Source: a virus (lineage: Duplodnaviria > Caudoviricetes). Taken from it: a stretch of DNA of 64,000 bases. Under the pieces are notes generated by a model that saw only the letters and a program-made list of their open reading frames with translations, was not told the DNA's origin and ran no database searches. Each line of letters begins with the position of its first letter. The first letter of the stretch is position 1. The DNA lies in IMG/VR virus record IMGVR_UViG_3300035703_002708; one strand, given 5' to 3'. This document shows positions 53,501-60,065 of this stretch, piece after piece. A program made the translations under genes and the position numbers.

Positions 53501-54139
53501 GTGATATCTCAAGGGTCATGTGAATCAGGTGTATGTGCTTCACCTACACCAACGCCAACACAGACACCAACGCCAACAATGACACCTAGTAAAACTCCTC
53601 CAATTACACCAACACCAACAAAGTTATGTTGTGCACCAACAATAACTAATGTAGACTTCGGAACCAATACAATTAGAAACTTCGATTGGATGGATGTGTT
53701 TTACACACAAGGATGTGGGTTAGCGGACGGATATATAGTGACACTACAAACAGCAAACGCTAGTTACATTTACAATGTACCCACACCAAATCCTGAAGGT
53801 TATTTCAGAGTTAATTACGTGGCATCAAGAGGTGGAATAATCTCAATTACAAAAGTCTGCGATAACGGAGCACTTTTGGTTTCTAACCAATATTATGTCG
53901 GTAAACCAGGGTCATCATTCCTACTCGTAAGATGGACAAGGTGCCCAAGTTTCGGAACTTCTATACCTTTCTATACATACGTTTACTCTAATGTACAACA
54001 GTCCCCATCTCCTAGTTCGATATACACACCATCAGGTAACCCACTTAATGGTGTTTACACCAGTGCCACTACGTTAAACGAAGGACCTATTGATAGATAC
54101 CTAAATGGTACATACTGGCAATCAGGTTCGTGCCCATAA
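41567..54139 (+). CDS. giant (4190 aa) putative virion fibre/adhesin: about 14 Cys-rich modules, two Delta-60-type and one YVTN-type beta-propellers, long Thr/Pro/Ser stalk
   Basis: QNDNKILVGGNF...IIRLNQDGSIDNTF repeats (about 42850-43920 and 51840-52940); TINVGTYP..LYYNS..EKLYTLN.NSNDVTVVDT repeats (49583-50593); TPT tracts. Confidence 0.8.
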   Translation: MCELILTGLTYSCGPYTIDLCDCQGGNCIKIIVTPDVGNLTGTITYPDGSSETYENGIIDINIPEGYSEDDCIIFTVFNSDGEPVVDKPEPPNFSQTPTPGLTPTPTKTINYVEPPRPGGGGPGIVLDFPSQTPTLTPTPSPATPTPTVSLTNTPTVTVTTTLTQTMTVTPTVTPTPLTPNLGFSSCCDNSFFSLKEETQFISTLDPTKTYYIQTNEFVGCVTIVSQRPTDFFEFISISSGYVDCVDCLSATTGNNFCPTQTPTPTITITPTRPIKAFKDCCENIYIGLTEESELLYSLDPNKSYYLVTDGYSGCTTIVNEQPTLYYNFVSILEYNDCDLCRIDKVGVICPSPTPTVTSTPTVTPTVTPTITSTPTITPTITPTFVEKFCYELSACTTNLVYSGCSPLSLNLDKTYQILLDIDEGSRNTKLQTGTGFNGSVFTVEYQNDNKILVGGNFSQYNGLSTSNEIIRLNQDGSIDNTFNYAGPSYVYINDIVEQNDGKILVGLGQVFGNSGNILQRLNSDGSLDGTFTPLTCPNGGAISKILILPDSTIVIGGTFNNPNSTFFHKLIRLFPDGSVDPFFGTGGFLPNLGVESVYDVDVLSDGTLICVGSFSEYKFISANKIVPILPNGTINVGFSYGSGFDDDVYAVKVLNDDSILVGGKFTQYNGTSSSCVIKLLSDGSIDTSFVVGSGFSGGVVYDITVDTSGDYIFVGDFTDYKNQTANGIIKLDSNGDIVTTFVTGIGLDNTGYKIDVNSDGSEIIVGGIFSSYNNCVNNNLVSIINSVTSVTDCFTIINSGSCSCCQNTIVSASTEYINCNDCLVLTPTPTPTPTITPTNTKTQTITPTISVTKTVTRTLNPTRTPTHTPTPTVTPTNLIPIFSSCCGTINIQFTDPNVALGLTIGEFYFVEADSYSACTLLTLGYPNLILDTATGVTTVTDCVTCITDYLPSGICPTPTQTPTSTLTPTPTILPIVLSSCCGNFLIDVSDQVELLETLSQYTETTFLFTSDDGFSACTSLARAVPNTLFNFTSFRVFIDCDACNTFLNGTVVCPTQTPTPTETKTSTPTLTPTITPTITVTNTKTPTITPTITITSSITPTETPTSTVTTTQTPTNTQTPTVTKTPLASPQETRTPTPTPTITPTETPTQTVTPTITNTQTVTTTETPTQTPTITVTKTETPTNTPTVTTTITNTATQTLTVTNTITPTETVTPTVSPTNTPSISATLTPGVTKTPTRTETPTQTPTNTITPTITQTPTQTKTPTQTQTPTKTETPTVTATKTPTKTQTPTITPTVTPTISVTPTITQTQIQFCPDCDITGNTYLDGVTLTPTVTSTITPTITQTSTVTPTVTLTNSVTPTQTQTNTQTPTITPTTTLTPTITPTITQTPTITQTQIQFCPDCDISGNTYLDGVTLTPTVTGTITPTITPTNTQTPSKTPTKTPTQTKTPTKTQTPTITPTKTPTQTKTPTKTPTQTKTPTKTPTPTITPTKTETPTVTPTKTPTKSVTPTITPTQTQTPTVTPTITQTQIQFCPDCDITGNTYLDGVTLTPTVTSTVTPSISPTATITPTITTTKTVTPTSTPTTSVSPSLTPTTSVSPSLTPTNTQTPTITQTQIQFCPDCDISGNTYLDGVTLTPTVTSTVTPSITPTNTKTPTITPTKTKTPTITPTKTVTNSQTPTKTVTNTPTQTPTLTRTPNEACPDCDITGNTYLDGVTLTPTVTSTITPSISPTSTITPSISPTSTITPTVTPTTSISPSLTPTTSISPSLTPTQTVTPTITQTQISTCPDCDISGNTYLDGVTLTPTVTSTITPSITPTTSVTPTITQTTTITPTITPTKTQTPTITPTITKTPTQIASCPDCDITGNTYLDGVTLTPTVTSTITPSISPTPTVTPSISPTSSVTPTVTPTTSISPSLTPTTSISPSLTPTNTQTPTITKTQISTCPDCDISGNTYLDGVTLTPTVTSTVTPSITLTSTITPSISPTSTKTPTITPTKTQTPTITPTITKTPTQIAACPDCDITGNTYLDGVTLTPTVTSTVTPSITPTSSITPSISPTKTQTPTITPTTSVSPSLTPTLSVSPSLTPNVTVTPTITQTQIQFCPDCDISGNTYLDGVTLTPTVTSTITPSFTPTQSQTPTVTPTVTTTKTPTQTQTPTITPTITQTPTITPTITQTQVSSCPDCDITGNTYLDGVTLTPTVTSSLTPSITPTSSVTPTNTQTPTITPTITPTQTITPTITPTTSISPSLTPTNTQTPTITKTQIQFCPDCDISGNTYLDGVTLTPTVTSTITPTKTPTPTRPQLTFSGCDDVFSGQSFNFSGFGMDFTTIYDLNPSLIYSFSANGIVGCFRIVEGFTQTYYYLTSNTGQTFSTCGICSENNPIESQYPVIQLCQCSGFTNCIWSNGDFTFNTTILFGVSNQIGCWKMISTATTTTTAGYDVPTGQTYDNCVECESGSINRVFSSCCGNYVFNIAEPLQGIIDNLFFEKIYEINTEEFSGCARVVSGFSENNYNLTSLDTNEYFDTCLDCLTATTGSNICPTLTPTPTETPTQTPTTTITPTETVTPTITPTETVTPTQTPTITPTNTQTPTITQTETPTQTPTPTETKTPTPTQTPTITPTITQTPTQTPTQTPTPTITPTKEPDYEVWEFRDCCTETDSKYYRVYNYPSVVLDSVALSGVSALYDYGLTYVDYNNSIYVIASFNLNVVDTSTNTLTQVIDFGNAVVSPTYSPENQKLYVSEYAIDRLVVVDVTTNTTASTINVGTYPAVLYYNSTYEKLYTLNLNSNDVTVVDTTSDTVLINVSVSGSPISYVYNQDNEYLYIFHTNSNYVSVIDTFDDSIVTTINLGAQCDSGIYDPTNQRIYCWGWGDGNYVKVINTNTNTFSNTITTTLLPYNRQSQIVGNYLYIPCNLGIEVIELSSQTSYTSIVVPVGSVEQIILNPTNGYLYVTFTNLGVVIIDPSSNEIIQTNTSFLTSGYYIPQTGYIYYNGTNPSPQLQVVGEIFRSWNVGDVVNDLSNGQCYSAYQLVSPSTPYSQNVSITSYTDCWSCVQAIGCPFIFEDCQSGTTQFTINVIPTGQTPQYGTNYSYELVSGDTTVTAYGGDSGNEACLFFTEIPTLGIVSIYPVSPIQNPLIGDCITCETSYPSYPTRAKFTDCCTQTEEIYFNINYPSIQWMIGDVVLYTIPNSDTKKCYELIEFDTFNTFPAGVWNFNDPDYKGSPYNCEKCFAFNKCECQEVFTPYDFLSCCDNSTILVMGILPENFVLGNVVMYEGVPYSMIGPSVNPIDGGCFAVFDYVDCTAANNEEVNPCGFSLGQYEYCCNTSEIIEVWEPGYTNSSYTNFLYNNKCWNRRGNGAGTTGETIFWTGYTSCEECYPNSIGYVLSSCTIDGLTITAQTSDYSTLNVNSFYNFTSGITDTFYYDSTFVYGTGFGYTGSSVGQVNDIIYYPPKDDLFFGGIFNSYDGTSVNNYARIDNLGNFVGLFDATGLNTGDTSFISQIGIQSNEKLIVVGNFTSYSSNNVGRIVRTNSEGAYDNTFSGDTGFNNLVIDIAINNSDQIYCAGVFSTYRSFSAIGLARLGPDGIFDTGFTSHFTSATNLKIREIEVQTDNKLIVVGDIPNLYSGITFGPIRRLNSDGSIDFSFSGTVSGFGGSIASVEIQNDGKIVCGGNFTTANAQTLSGMVRFTSGGTVDNTFNAQSWISTYNIESISKIKLLEDGKFLVYGGDLSLNRYVFYIGTNGELLQTIQINGGGVSDIENLLPGSGRYVLGGNFTGVTINSVSYSANSVFAIERVVENCFKVIDTVTGCTASEATIVVAGTEYASCASCLIPPTMTPTPTQTPTITPTKTPSPTPTQTKTPTQTPTQTPTQTPTQTQTPTETPTQTPTQTPTQTPTQTPTQTQTPTQTQTPTPSRFPDCVDCELSGLSYYSGYSDCTCYSITMTTLAAVFAYNCYGVYTVILTSGTYCLREIVDSNGNTVISQGSCESGVCASPTPTPTQTPTPTMTPSKTPPITPTPTKLCCAPTITNVDFGTNTIRNFDWMDVFYTQGCGLADGYIVTLQTANASYIYNVPTPNPEGYFRVNYVASRGGIISITKVCDNGALLVSNQYYVGKPGSSFLLVRWTRCPSFGTSIPFYTYVYSNVQQSPSPSSIYTPSGNPLNGVYTSATTLNEGPIDRYLNGTYWQSGSCP
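45509..48430 (+). repeat. 12 in-frame copies of CPDCDI(T/S)GNTYLDGVTLTPTVT separated by Thr/Pro/Ser linkers
   Basis: First Cys codons at 45509, 45767, 46169, 46427, 46673, 46931, 47147, 47405, 47621, 47879, 48113 and 48371. Confidence 0.95.
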
Positions 54140-54165
54140 AAAAAGAAAAAAATGAAATAAACACA

Positions 54166-54172
54166 TATTTAT
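54166..54172 (+). promoter_or_regulatory. TATTTAT putative late-promoter motif
   Basis: 12 nt before ATG 54185. Confidence 0.55.
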
Positions 54173-54184
54173 AAATAAAAAAAA

Positions 54185-56545
54185 ATGAACGCTTATATTT
54201 GCATTTCAAGTACTGGTAATACTCCTCTTACAGGATTTACCATTTTTCAAAACGTAGATAACTATCTTACACCGTTGGTTAGTAATGTACCATTGAGTAA
54301 TTTCTTATTACCAAATTGTCCATACGTAGTAACAAATGTTGACCCAAATACAACAATTATAAGATTATATGATTATGGTGCCGGTTGTTGTGTTGATATT
54401 CCATATACCGATGGATTTAACATATGTGACATATGTGTCCCACTAGGTTTCAGTGCCAATAGTTCGCCAAATGTCGGTTCGATATCTGTTGGACAACTAT
54501 CTGGTGGATGTGACCCGTCAATAGGTCAGTATTATTTGGAATGGTATGGTCCTGGTACAGGAAGTACTCAATTAGTATTCACTAGTGGATTCGGTGGACC
54601 AATACCGAATTTTAATTCATACCAAATGGAACATCCGCTTACAGGTACAAGTCAAGTTCCTCTTATTAGTGGGGCTTATAGACCTATAATTAGATATATC
54701 GATACTAATGGTATTATTTATTCTTGGGCTTTTGGTGCTTACGGGGATTGTTTTCAAAACAATCCTTTCATAGTTTTACCATACACGGCAACTAATGGTT
54801 CTGGAGTAGATTACGAACACGAATTAGTTTTCAGTGGAGACCCAAGACCAGGATTTACTCAATCAGGTACTATAGAGTTGTCAGGAACAACTAACTATGT
54901 ACCTTTCAGGTTCGATGGAAACCTAAGTAAAAAAATATTGAGAATCGAGTTTTCAGGAAGTGCTTATCCTGCACCACTACAATTAGAAAATGTATTACTA
55001 GGTTTTATACCTAACACAAACACATTAAATTTTGAAACAACACAATTTGCAAAAGATGGCGGCCCTAACGCCGATTTTTTCACTAGAGTATTATGTTTGA
55101 CAGGTCTAACAAGGAATGCTGGTGACACTCTTACATTTTATATTGATAGTCCCTATACTTCAGCAGAGAATTTTATTACAAATTGGAGTTTTTATTTTGA
55201 CCAATTACCTACCTTTGATTGTACTAGTTGTTTATTGGACACTCCTAAGTACCTTATAAGCGGTGGTTCGTTTAGTGCTTCAAGTGGTACTTGTTCTTCT
55301 ACAACTGTAACCTTTTCAGTGTCAGGATGCTCGTCAACCGTTGACCTCAATAAGGATTTATATAAATATATTTTCAAAAACAGTGGATTTGCATATCCTG
55401 GACCCTATGGGTATAGTGCTAACGCAAATGGTCTAATTCCTGTATCTGTTAATTTGGGTAACGGTATTTCAAAAGAATGTTATGTTGATTTATATTTACC
55501 TGAAAATGTACTTCCTAATGACTGTATTGATATGTCACTTAGCGCCGGTGCACAAGCTCTGGCCAAAATGTATGTTAATATATCAAACACAAGTCCTAAT
55601 ACAAAATTAATTGAATGGTTTTGGACTGATTTTGCAACTAACCCAGTTTCCGCTAATTTGTTCAATTACATCCAACAAAGTTGGACTGATGTGATAACTC
55701 AGTTTACACCTAACGACTATCCAAGTACCGATTATAGATATTATCGAGCTCTTTACTTCCAAGCACCAACAGGTACTGGTGGTTCTACTCAATGTAACGA
55801 TGAGGCCTACATAGGTTGTTTCTTAAATCAAAATACAACCACCGCAACTTTTACTGTGACACCTAGTACAGTACCTAATATCAATATTTATAAAATATCG
55901 ATACAGGGTTCGTTTTTCGCAAATCCACAATTACTTTTGAATTCCTATGGTCCTTGTGATGATGCAAACACTTGTAAATCAATCAATGGTGACCAATATC
56001 AAAACATCGCTAAAAAGGTACAGGATTTTATAAGTGCAACTACAGTTAATATTACTGATACTGGTCTGGTTGGTTTCACACCCAGCCCAATGCCTGGTAA
56101 ACCCATCTCACCAGACTTCTACACCAAAAACCCGTTTCAGGTTTATTATCCCATTTTTATAAACTCACCTGGTAACCCTCAAGGTTCTACCGCAAATACT
56201 AGCAATTTCGCAAGTGTTTACCAATATCAAATGAAGACGTATCCATCATCAGGTGCTTCACCTAATTCACAAACTGTGATTTCTGGTTTGACTGCTGATA
56301 CCTGTAGTTCATTGACAGGTAAGACTTACAATCCTTATAGTGCGGATTCAACTAACTATAGAAGTACTTATCAGAAATATCACTTCTATTATGATATAGT
56401 CGATAATCCAAATGTTACTTTAGGTTATAGTATTTATGCAAATGATATTTTATCAAACGGTCAACCTTCGGGTACTCAAACTTTGATTGCAACAGGTACC
56501 GGCTCAACATTAACAATTATAAATTCTTCCTACTTCACACCATAA
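54185..56545 (+). CDS. Cys-containing beta-rich putative structural protein (paralogue of 56559..58742)
   Basis: Shares STGNT..., CPYV, GCC.DIP, WYGP, HPLTG and FSG..Y..PL..E with the next gene. Confidence 0.75.
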   Translation: MNAYICISSTGNTPLTGFTIFQNVDNYLTPLVSNVPLSNFLLPNCPYVVTNVDPNTTIIRLYDYGAGCCVDIPYTDGFNICDICVPLGFSANSSPNVGSISVGQLSGGCDPSIGQYYLEWYGPGTGSTQLVFTSGFGGPIPNFNSYQMEHPLTGTSQVPLISGAYRPIIRYIDTNGIIYSWAFGAYGDCFQNNPFIVLPYTATNGSGVDYEHELVFSGDPRPGFTQSGTIELSGTTNYVPFRFDGNLSKKILRIEFSGSAYPAPLQLENVLLGFIPNTNTLNFETTQFAKDGGPNADFFTRVLCLTGLTRNAGDTLTFYIDSPYTSAENFITNWSFYFDQLPTFDCTSCLLDTPKYLISGGSFSASSGTCSSTTVTFSVSGCSSTVDLNKDLYKYIFKNSGFAYPGPYGYSANANGLIPVSVNLGNGISKECYVDLYLPENVLPNDCIDMSLSAGAQALAKMYVNISNTSPNTKLIEWFWTDFATNPVSANLFNYIQQSWTDVITQFTPNDYPSTDYRYYRALYFQAPTGTGGSTQCNDEAYIGCFLNQNTTTATFTVTPSTVPNINIYKISIQGSFFANPQLLLNSYGPCDDANTCKSINGDQYQNIAKKVQDFISATTVNITDTGLVGFTPSPMPGKPISPDFYTKNPFQVYYPIFINSPGNPQGSTANTSNFASVYQYQMKTYPSSGASPNSQTVISGLTADTCSSLTGKTYNPYSADSTNYRSTYQKYHFYYDIVDNPNVTLGYSIYANDILSNGQPSGTQTLIATGTGSTLTIINSSYFTP

Positions 56546-56558
56546 AAATTAAAACTTT

Positions 56559-58742
56559 ATGCCATTTTCCATAGATTTATGTCTTACTAATACAGGAAAC
56601 ACGGTATTGGGTCCAACCTTTTTAGTTTTTTCTGATACGAATCCTAACGTACCTTTCACAACAATAAATTTATCAGATATTGTTCAGACTGAATGTCCTT
56701 ATGTTTTGAGTGGTGTGCCTGATAATGCAACATCTATAAGGTTATTAAATTTACCAACAGGGTGTTGTATTGAAATTCCGATAACCGGAAATTTGGATTT
56801 ATGTATAATGTGTGATTTAGGATTCAACGTTTATTCGGCAAATACCGTCAGTGTAATTACCGCAGGTAATTTGACTGGTAGTTGTGACGATAATATTACA
56901 GACTATGTCGTTAATTGGTATGGACCTGATAGTAGTACCAACATTCAGTTCACAAGTGGAAAAGGAAATACTTTTACTTATGATTGGATACATCCGTTAA
57001 CAGGAAACTCATCGGTTTTTGCACCAGCCGGCGTCTATACCCCAAAAATAGAATCCATAATACTAAATGGAGAACTTCTCCAAGAAGATTATGGAGTTTT
57101 ATCAAATTGTTTTTCTGCGGTTACTGTTGAAGCATTCAACTGTTCGAATGGAAATAATACCAATCCACCCTCACTTGCACTTACGGCTTATTCACATGTA
57201 ATTGAGTTTAGTCAACAATCACAAGGAAATGTACCACCAAATTTATCGGCGATATTCGAGTTATCTGCAAACACAAATTTCTTGGCCTTTGCTTTTAAGG
57301 GGGCAAGTGTACCAGATTCACTAAAAATTTCTTTTTCAGGTGCTAGCTACTCTACACCATTAGTTATGGAGTATATCACGGTTGGTGATAACCTGACGAC
57401 ATCAAATCTAAACCCAAATTCATTTCCAAAAAGTGCTGACACCCTATTCTTTTTTTCTAAGGTTCTTAATTTACAAGATACTGTAACGGTATTACCTGGC
57501 GATTATTTGATAATCGAGGTAGAACCAAATCCGACAAATCCAAATACTGAATGGACATTGTATTTAAAATGTTTAGAAACTTTCAATTGTGTCAAATGTA
57601 TAGACACAAACACACCACACAAAATATTACAAAGTTCCATAACAGGTATTACTGGCAGTTGCGGTCAGTTACAAATTCAATTTGTTTTGACGGGATGTTC
57701 AAACAGTCAAAATAATTCAGAGGATGTGTTCAAATACTTTTTGAATGATGGATTAACCCAATCCCCACTTGCAAACAATGGGATAACTGTTGGGTCTCAA
57801 TATACAACATTTAATTTATTTTATAGTGCGCTTACATGTAGTTTTAATCAAGCGCCAGGTTTCCCTTATCAAATTTCATGTTATATCTCAGGTTCCGACA
57901 ATATAAATTTTAGAACTTATAGACCAAACGTTAATACTAGAATTCTTGAATTTAAATTTGAAGGACTTTCGGACTTCAATGCTTACCTTTCCAACTTTTT
58001 AGATGCTATGCAGTATAGTGGTTCGTCAGACCCAACAAACATAACTTACTATAGTAGATTATTTCTAAGTGTACCGGCGCCTAGTGGTGGTACACTTTGT
58101 GGTGACAATACCACACGACTTGATTTTACATTACACCCACCTACGTTAGATTACGCAACAGGAACCACTATTGAATTTCCATATAATTATACTTTTTCAA
58201 TTACGTCAACAACCATATCAAACGGTGCCTCATATAATATTTGTGACCAAAATTGTTTGAGTTTTTTAGATGGTACAGTAAATACGGTAAATGCTAGTGT
58301 TACAGGTTCTAGTCTCGATATAACAGGGACAACGACAGTCTCGTCAAGATACCAATATCCATTTTATAATATTTGGAGATTTACAAGTAGCACAACTAAT
58401 CAAACGTCTACATTTTATAATTTCTCAATAAGGTTTCCGACATATTCAAATGCAACCTATGTGGCGTCAGGAACGCCATTACAAAACATTTCAACAATGT
58501 CCGCCACAACCTGTGATTTTTCATCATCCATGTATCAAGACATCTTTGCCGGGGTTACCGAATGGTATCAATATGTTGGTTCTTATTTGCTGCAAAGAAC
58601 AAATCCGAATAATCCTAATGATTTTAGAATCATGGCTTCGGTTATAACTAATGGCCAACCAAGTTTTTTATATGATGTTTTGGCTTACGGAATTTCAGGA
58701 GGCACCGTTTATGCTTCTAACCCAACCTACATTCAATCTTAG
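56559..58742 (+). CDS. Cys-containing beta-rich putative structural protein (paralogue of 54185..56545)
   Basis: Collinear motifs with the preceding gene over most of its length. Confidence 0.75.
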   Translation: MPFSIDLCLTNTGNTVLGPTFLVFSDTNPNVPFTTINLSDIVQTECPYVLSGVPDNATSIRLLNLPTGCCIEIPITGNLDLCIMCDLGFNVYSANTVSVITAGNLTGSCDDNITDYVVNWYGPDSSTNIQFTSGKGNTFTYDWIHPLTGNSSVFAPAGVYTPKIESIILNGELLQEDYGVLSNCFSAVTVEAFNCSNGNNTNPPSLALTAYSHVIEFSQQSQGNVPPNLSAIFELSANTNFLAFAFKGASVPDSLKISFSGASYSTPLVMEYITVGDNLTTSNLNPNSFPKSADTLFFFSKVLNLQDTVTVLPGDYLIIEVEPNPTNPNTEWTLYLKCLETFNCVKCIDTNTPHKILQSSITGITGSCGQLQIQFVLTGCSNSQNNSEDVFKYFLNDGLTQSPLANNGITVGSQYTTFNLFYSALTCSFNQAPGFPYQISCYISGSDNINFRTYRPNVNTRILEFKFEGLSDFNAYLSNFLDAMQYSGSSDPTNITYYSRLFLSVPAPSGGTLCGDNTTRLDFTLHPPTLDYATGTTIEFPYNYTFSITSTTISNGASYNICDQNCLSFLDGTVNTVNASVTGSSLDITGTTTVSSRYQYPFYNIWRFTSSTTNQTSTFYNFSIRFPTYSNATYVASGTPLQNISTMSATTCDFSSSMYQDIFAGVTEWYQYVGSYLLQRTNPNNPNDFRIMASVITNGQPSFLYDVLAYGISGGTVYASNPTYIQS

Positions 58743-58812
58743 AAAATTAATTTCCTTCTATTTATTTGTCCAACTCATCTCCTATTTTTCTATCAAAATA
58801 GAACAATAATTT

Positions 58813-60063
58813 ATGAAAATATTTATTCAAATTGCCTCTTACAGAGACCCCGAATTAGAAAAAACAGTTAAATCCGCAATTGAGAATGCAAAAAAACCGA
58901 AAAATTTAGTTTTCGGAATTGCTCGTCAATATCATCCTGATGACAAGTTCGACACTTTGGACGAATACAGAAAGGACAAAAGATTTAGAATTTTGGACAT
59001 TCCATATTTGGAATCACAAGGAACTTGTTGGGCAAGAAACCAAATCCAACAATTATATAAAGGTGAAGAATACACCTTACAAATTGATTCCCACATGAGA
59101 TTTGCACCAAATTGGGATGAAGAAATGATTGGTATGGTTAAGCAACTTCAGAAAAAAGGGCACAAAAAACCTTTACTGACAGGATACGTATCATCATTTA
59201 ATCCCGATAATGACCCACAAGAAAGAATTCAAGAACCTTGGAGAATGGTTTTTGATAGGTTTATACCTGAAGGGGCGGTTTTTTTCTTACCTGAAACAAT
59301 TCCTGGTTGGCAAACCCTTACTGAACCTATCACCGCAAGATTTTATTCCGCACACTTTGGTTTTTCACTTGGAAGTTTTGCCGTTGACGTACAGCATGAC
59401 CCCGATTATTACTTTCACGGTGAAGAAATCTCAATCGCGGCAAGAGCATATACTCACGGATATGATTTGTTCCACCCACACAAAGTATTGATTTGGCATG
59501 AATACACAAGAAAAGGAAGAACAAAACAGTGGGACGACGATACAGACTGGGTTACTAAAAACAACAGATGTCATTTAAAAAACAGGAAACTTTTTTCTAT
59601 GGACGGCGAAGTATATAATCCAGAAGAATTTGGTATCTATGGTTTCGGAACTGAACGTAGTTTAAGAGATTATGAAAAATATTCGGGTCTTCTTTTCGAA
59701 AGAAGGGCCATCCAACAATATACAATAGATAAAAACTATCCACCAAATCCATATAATTTTGATAACGAAGAAGATTGGAAAAATAGTTTCGCATCAATAT
59801 TCAAACATTGTATAGATATCGGTTATCATCAGGTACCTGAAACAGATTATGAGTTTTGGGTTGTTGCTTTCCATAATGAATCGGATGAAACAATATACAG
59901 AAAAGATGCCGACGCAGACGAAATTAGACGAATGAAGAACGACCCTGATGGTTACTGTAAAGTTTGGAGGGAATTCCAAACATCACATAAACCTAAGTAT
60001 TGGGTTGTTTGGCCATACTCAACAACCAAAGGTTGGTGTGAAAGAATAACAGGAACTTTATAA
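58813..60063 (+). CDS. GT60-like polypeptide/hydroxyproline alpha-GlcNAc transferase homologue with extra C-terminal domain
   Basis: IFIQIASYRDPEL, QGTCWAR, YKGEEYTLQIDSHMRF..NWD, FHGEEI...RAYTHGYDLFHP...WHEY. Confidence 0.85.
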   Translation: MKIFIQIASYRDPELEKTVKSAIENAKKPKNLVFGIARQYHPDDKFDTLDEYRKDKRFRILDIPYLESQGTCWARNQIQQLYKGEEYTLQIDSHMRFAPNWDEEMIGMVKQLQKKGHKKPLLTGYVSSFNPDNDPQERIQEPWRMVFDRFIPEGAVFFLPETIPGWQTLTEPITARFYSAHFGFSLGSFAVDVQHDPDYYFHGEEISIAARAYTHGYDLFHPHKVLIWHEYTRKGRTKQWDDDTDWVTKNNRCHLKNRKLFSMDGEVYNPEEFGIYGFGTERSLRDYEKYSGLLFERRAIQQYTIDKNYPPNPYNFDNEEDWKNSFASIFKHCIDIGYHQVPETDYEFWVVAFHNESDETIYRKDADADEIRRMKNDPDGYCKVWREFQTSHKPKYWVVWPYSTTKGWCERITGTL

Positions 60064-60065
60064 GT

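Noticed and set aside
58759-58790. TATTTAT or TAnnTTTG promoter for the GT60 cluster
   Set aside because: TATTTAT is 47 nt from the start, outside the range of the others, and the -7-like box ends in C with wrong spacing, so neither was called.
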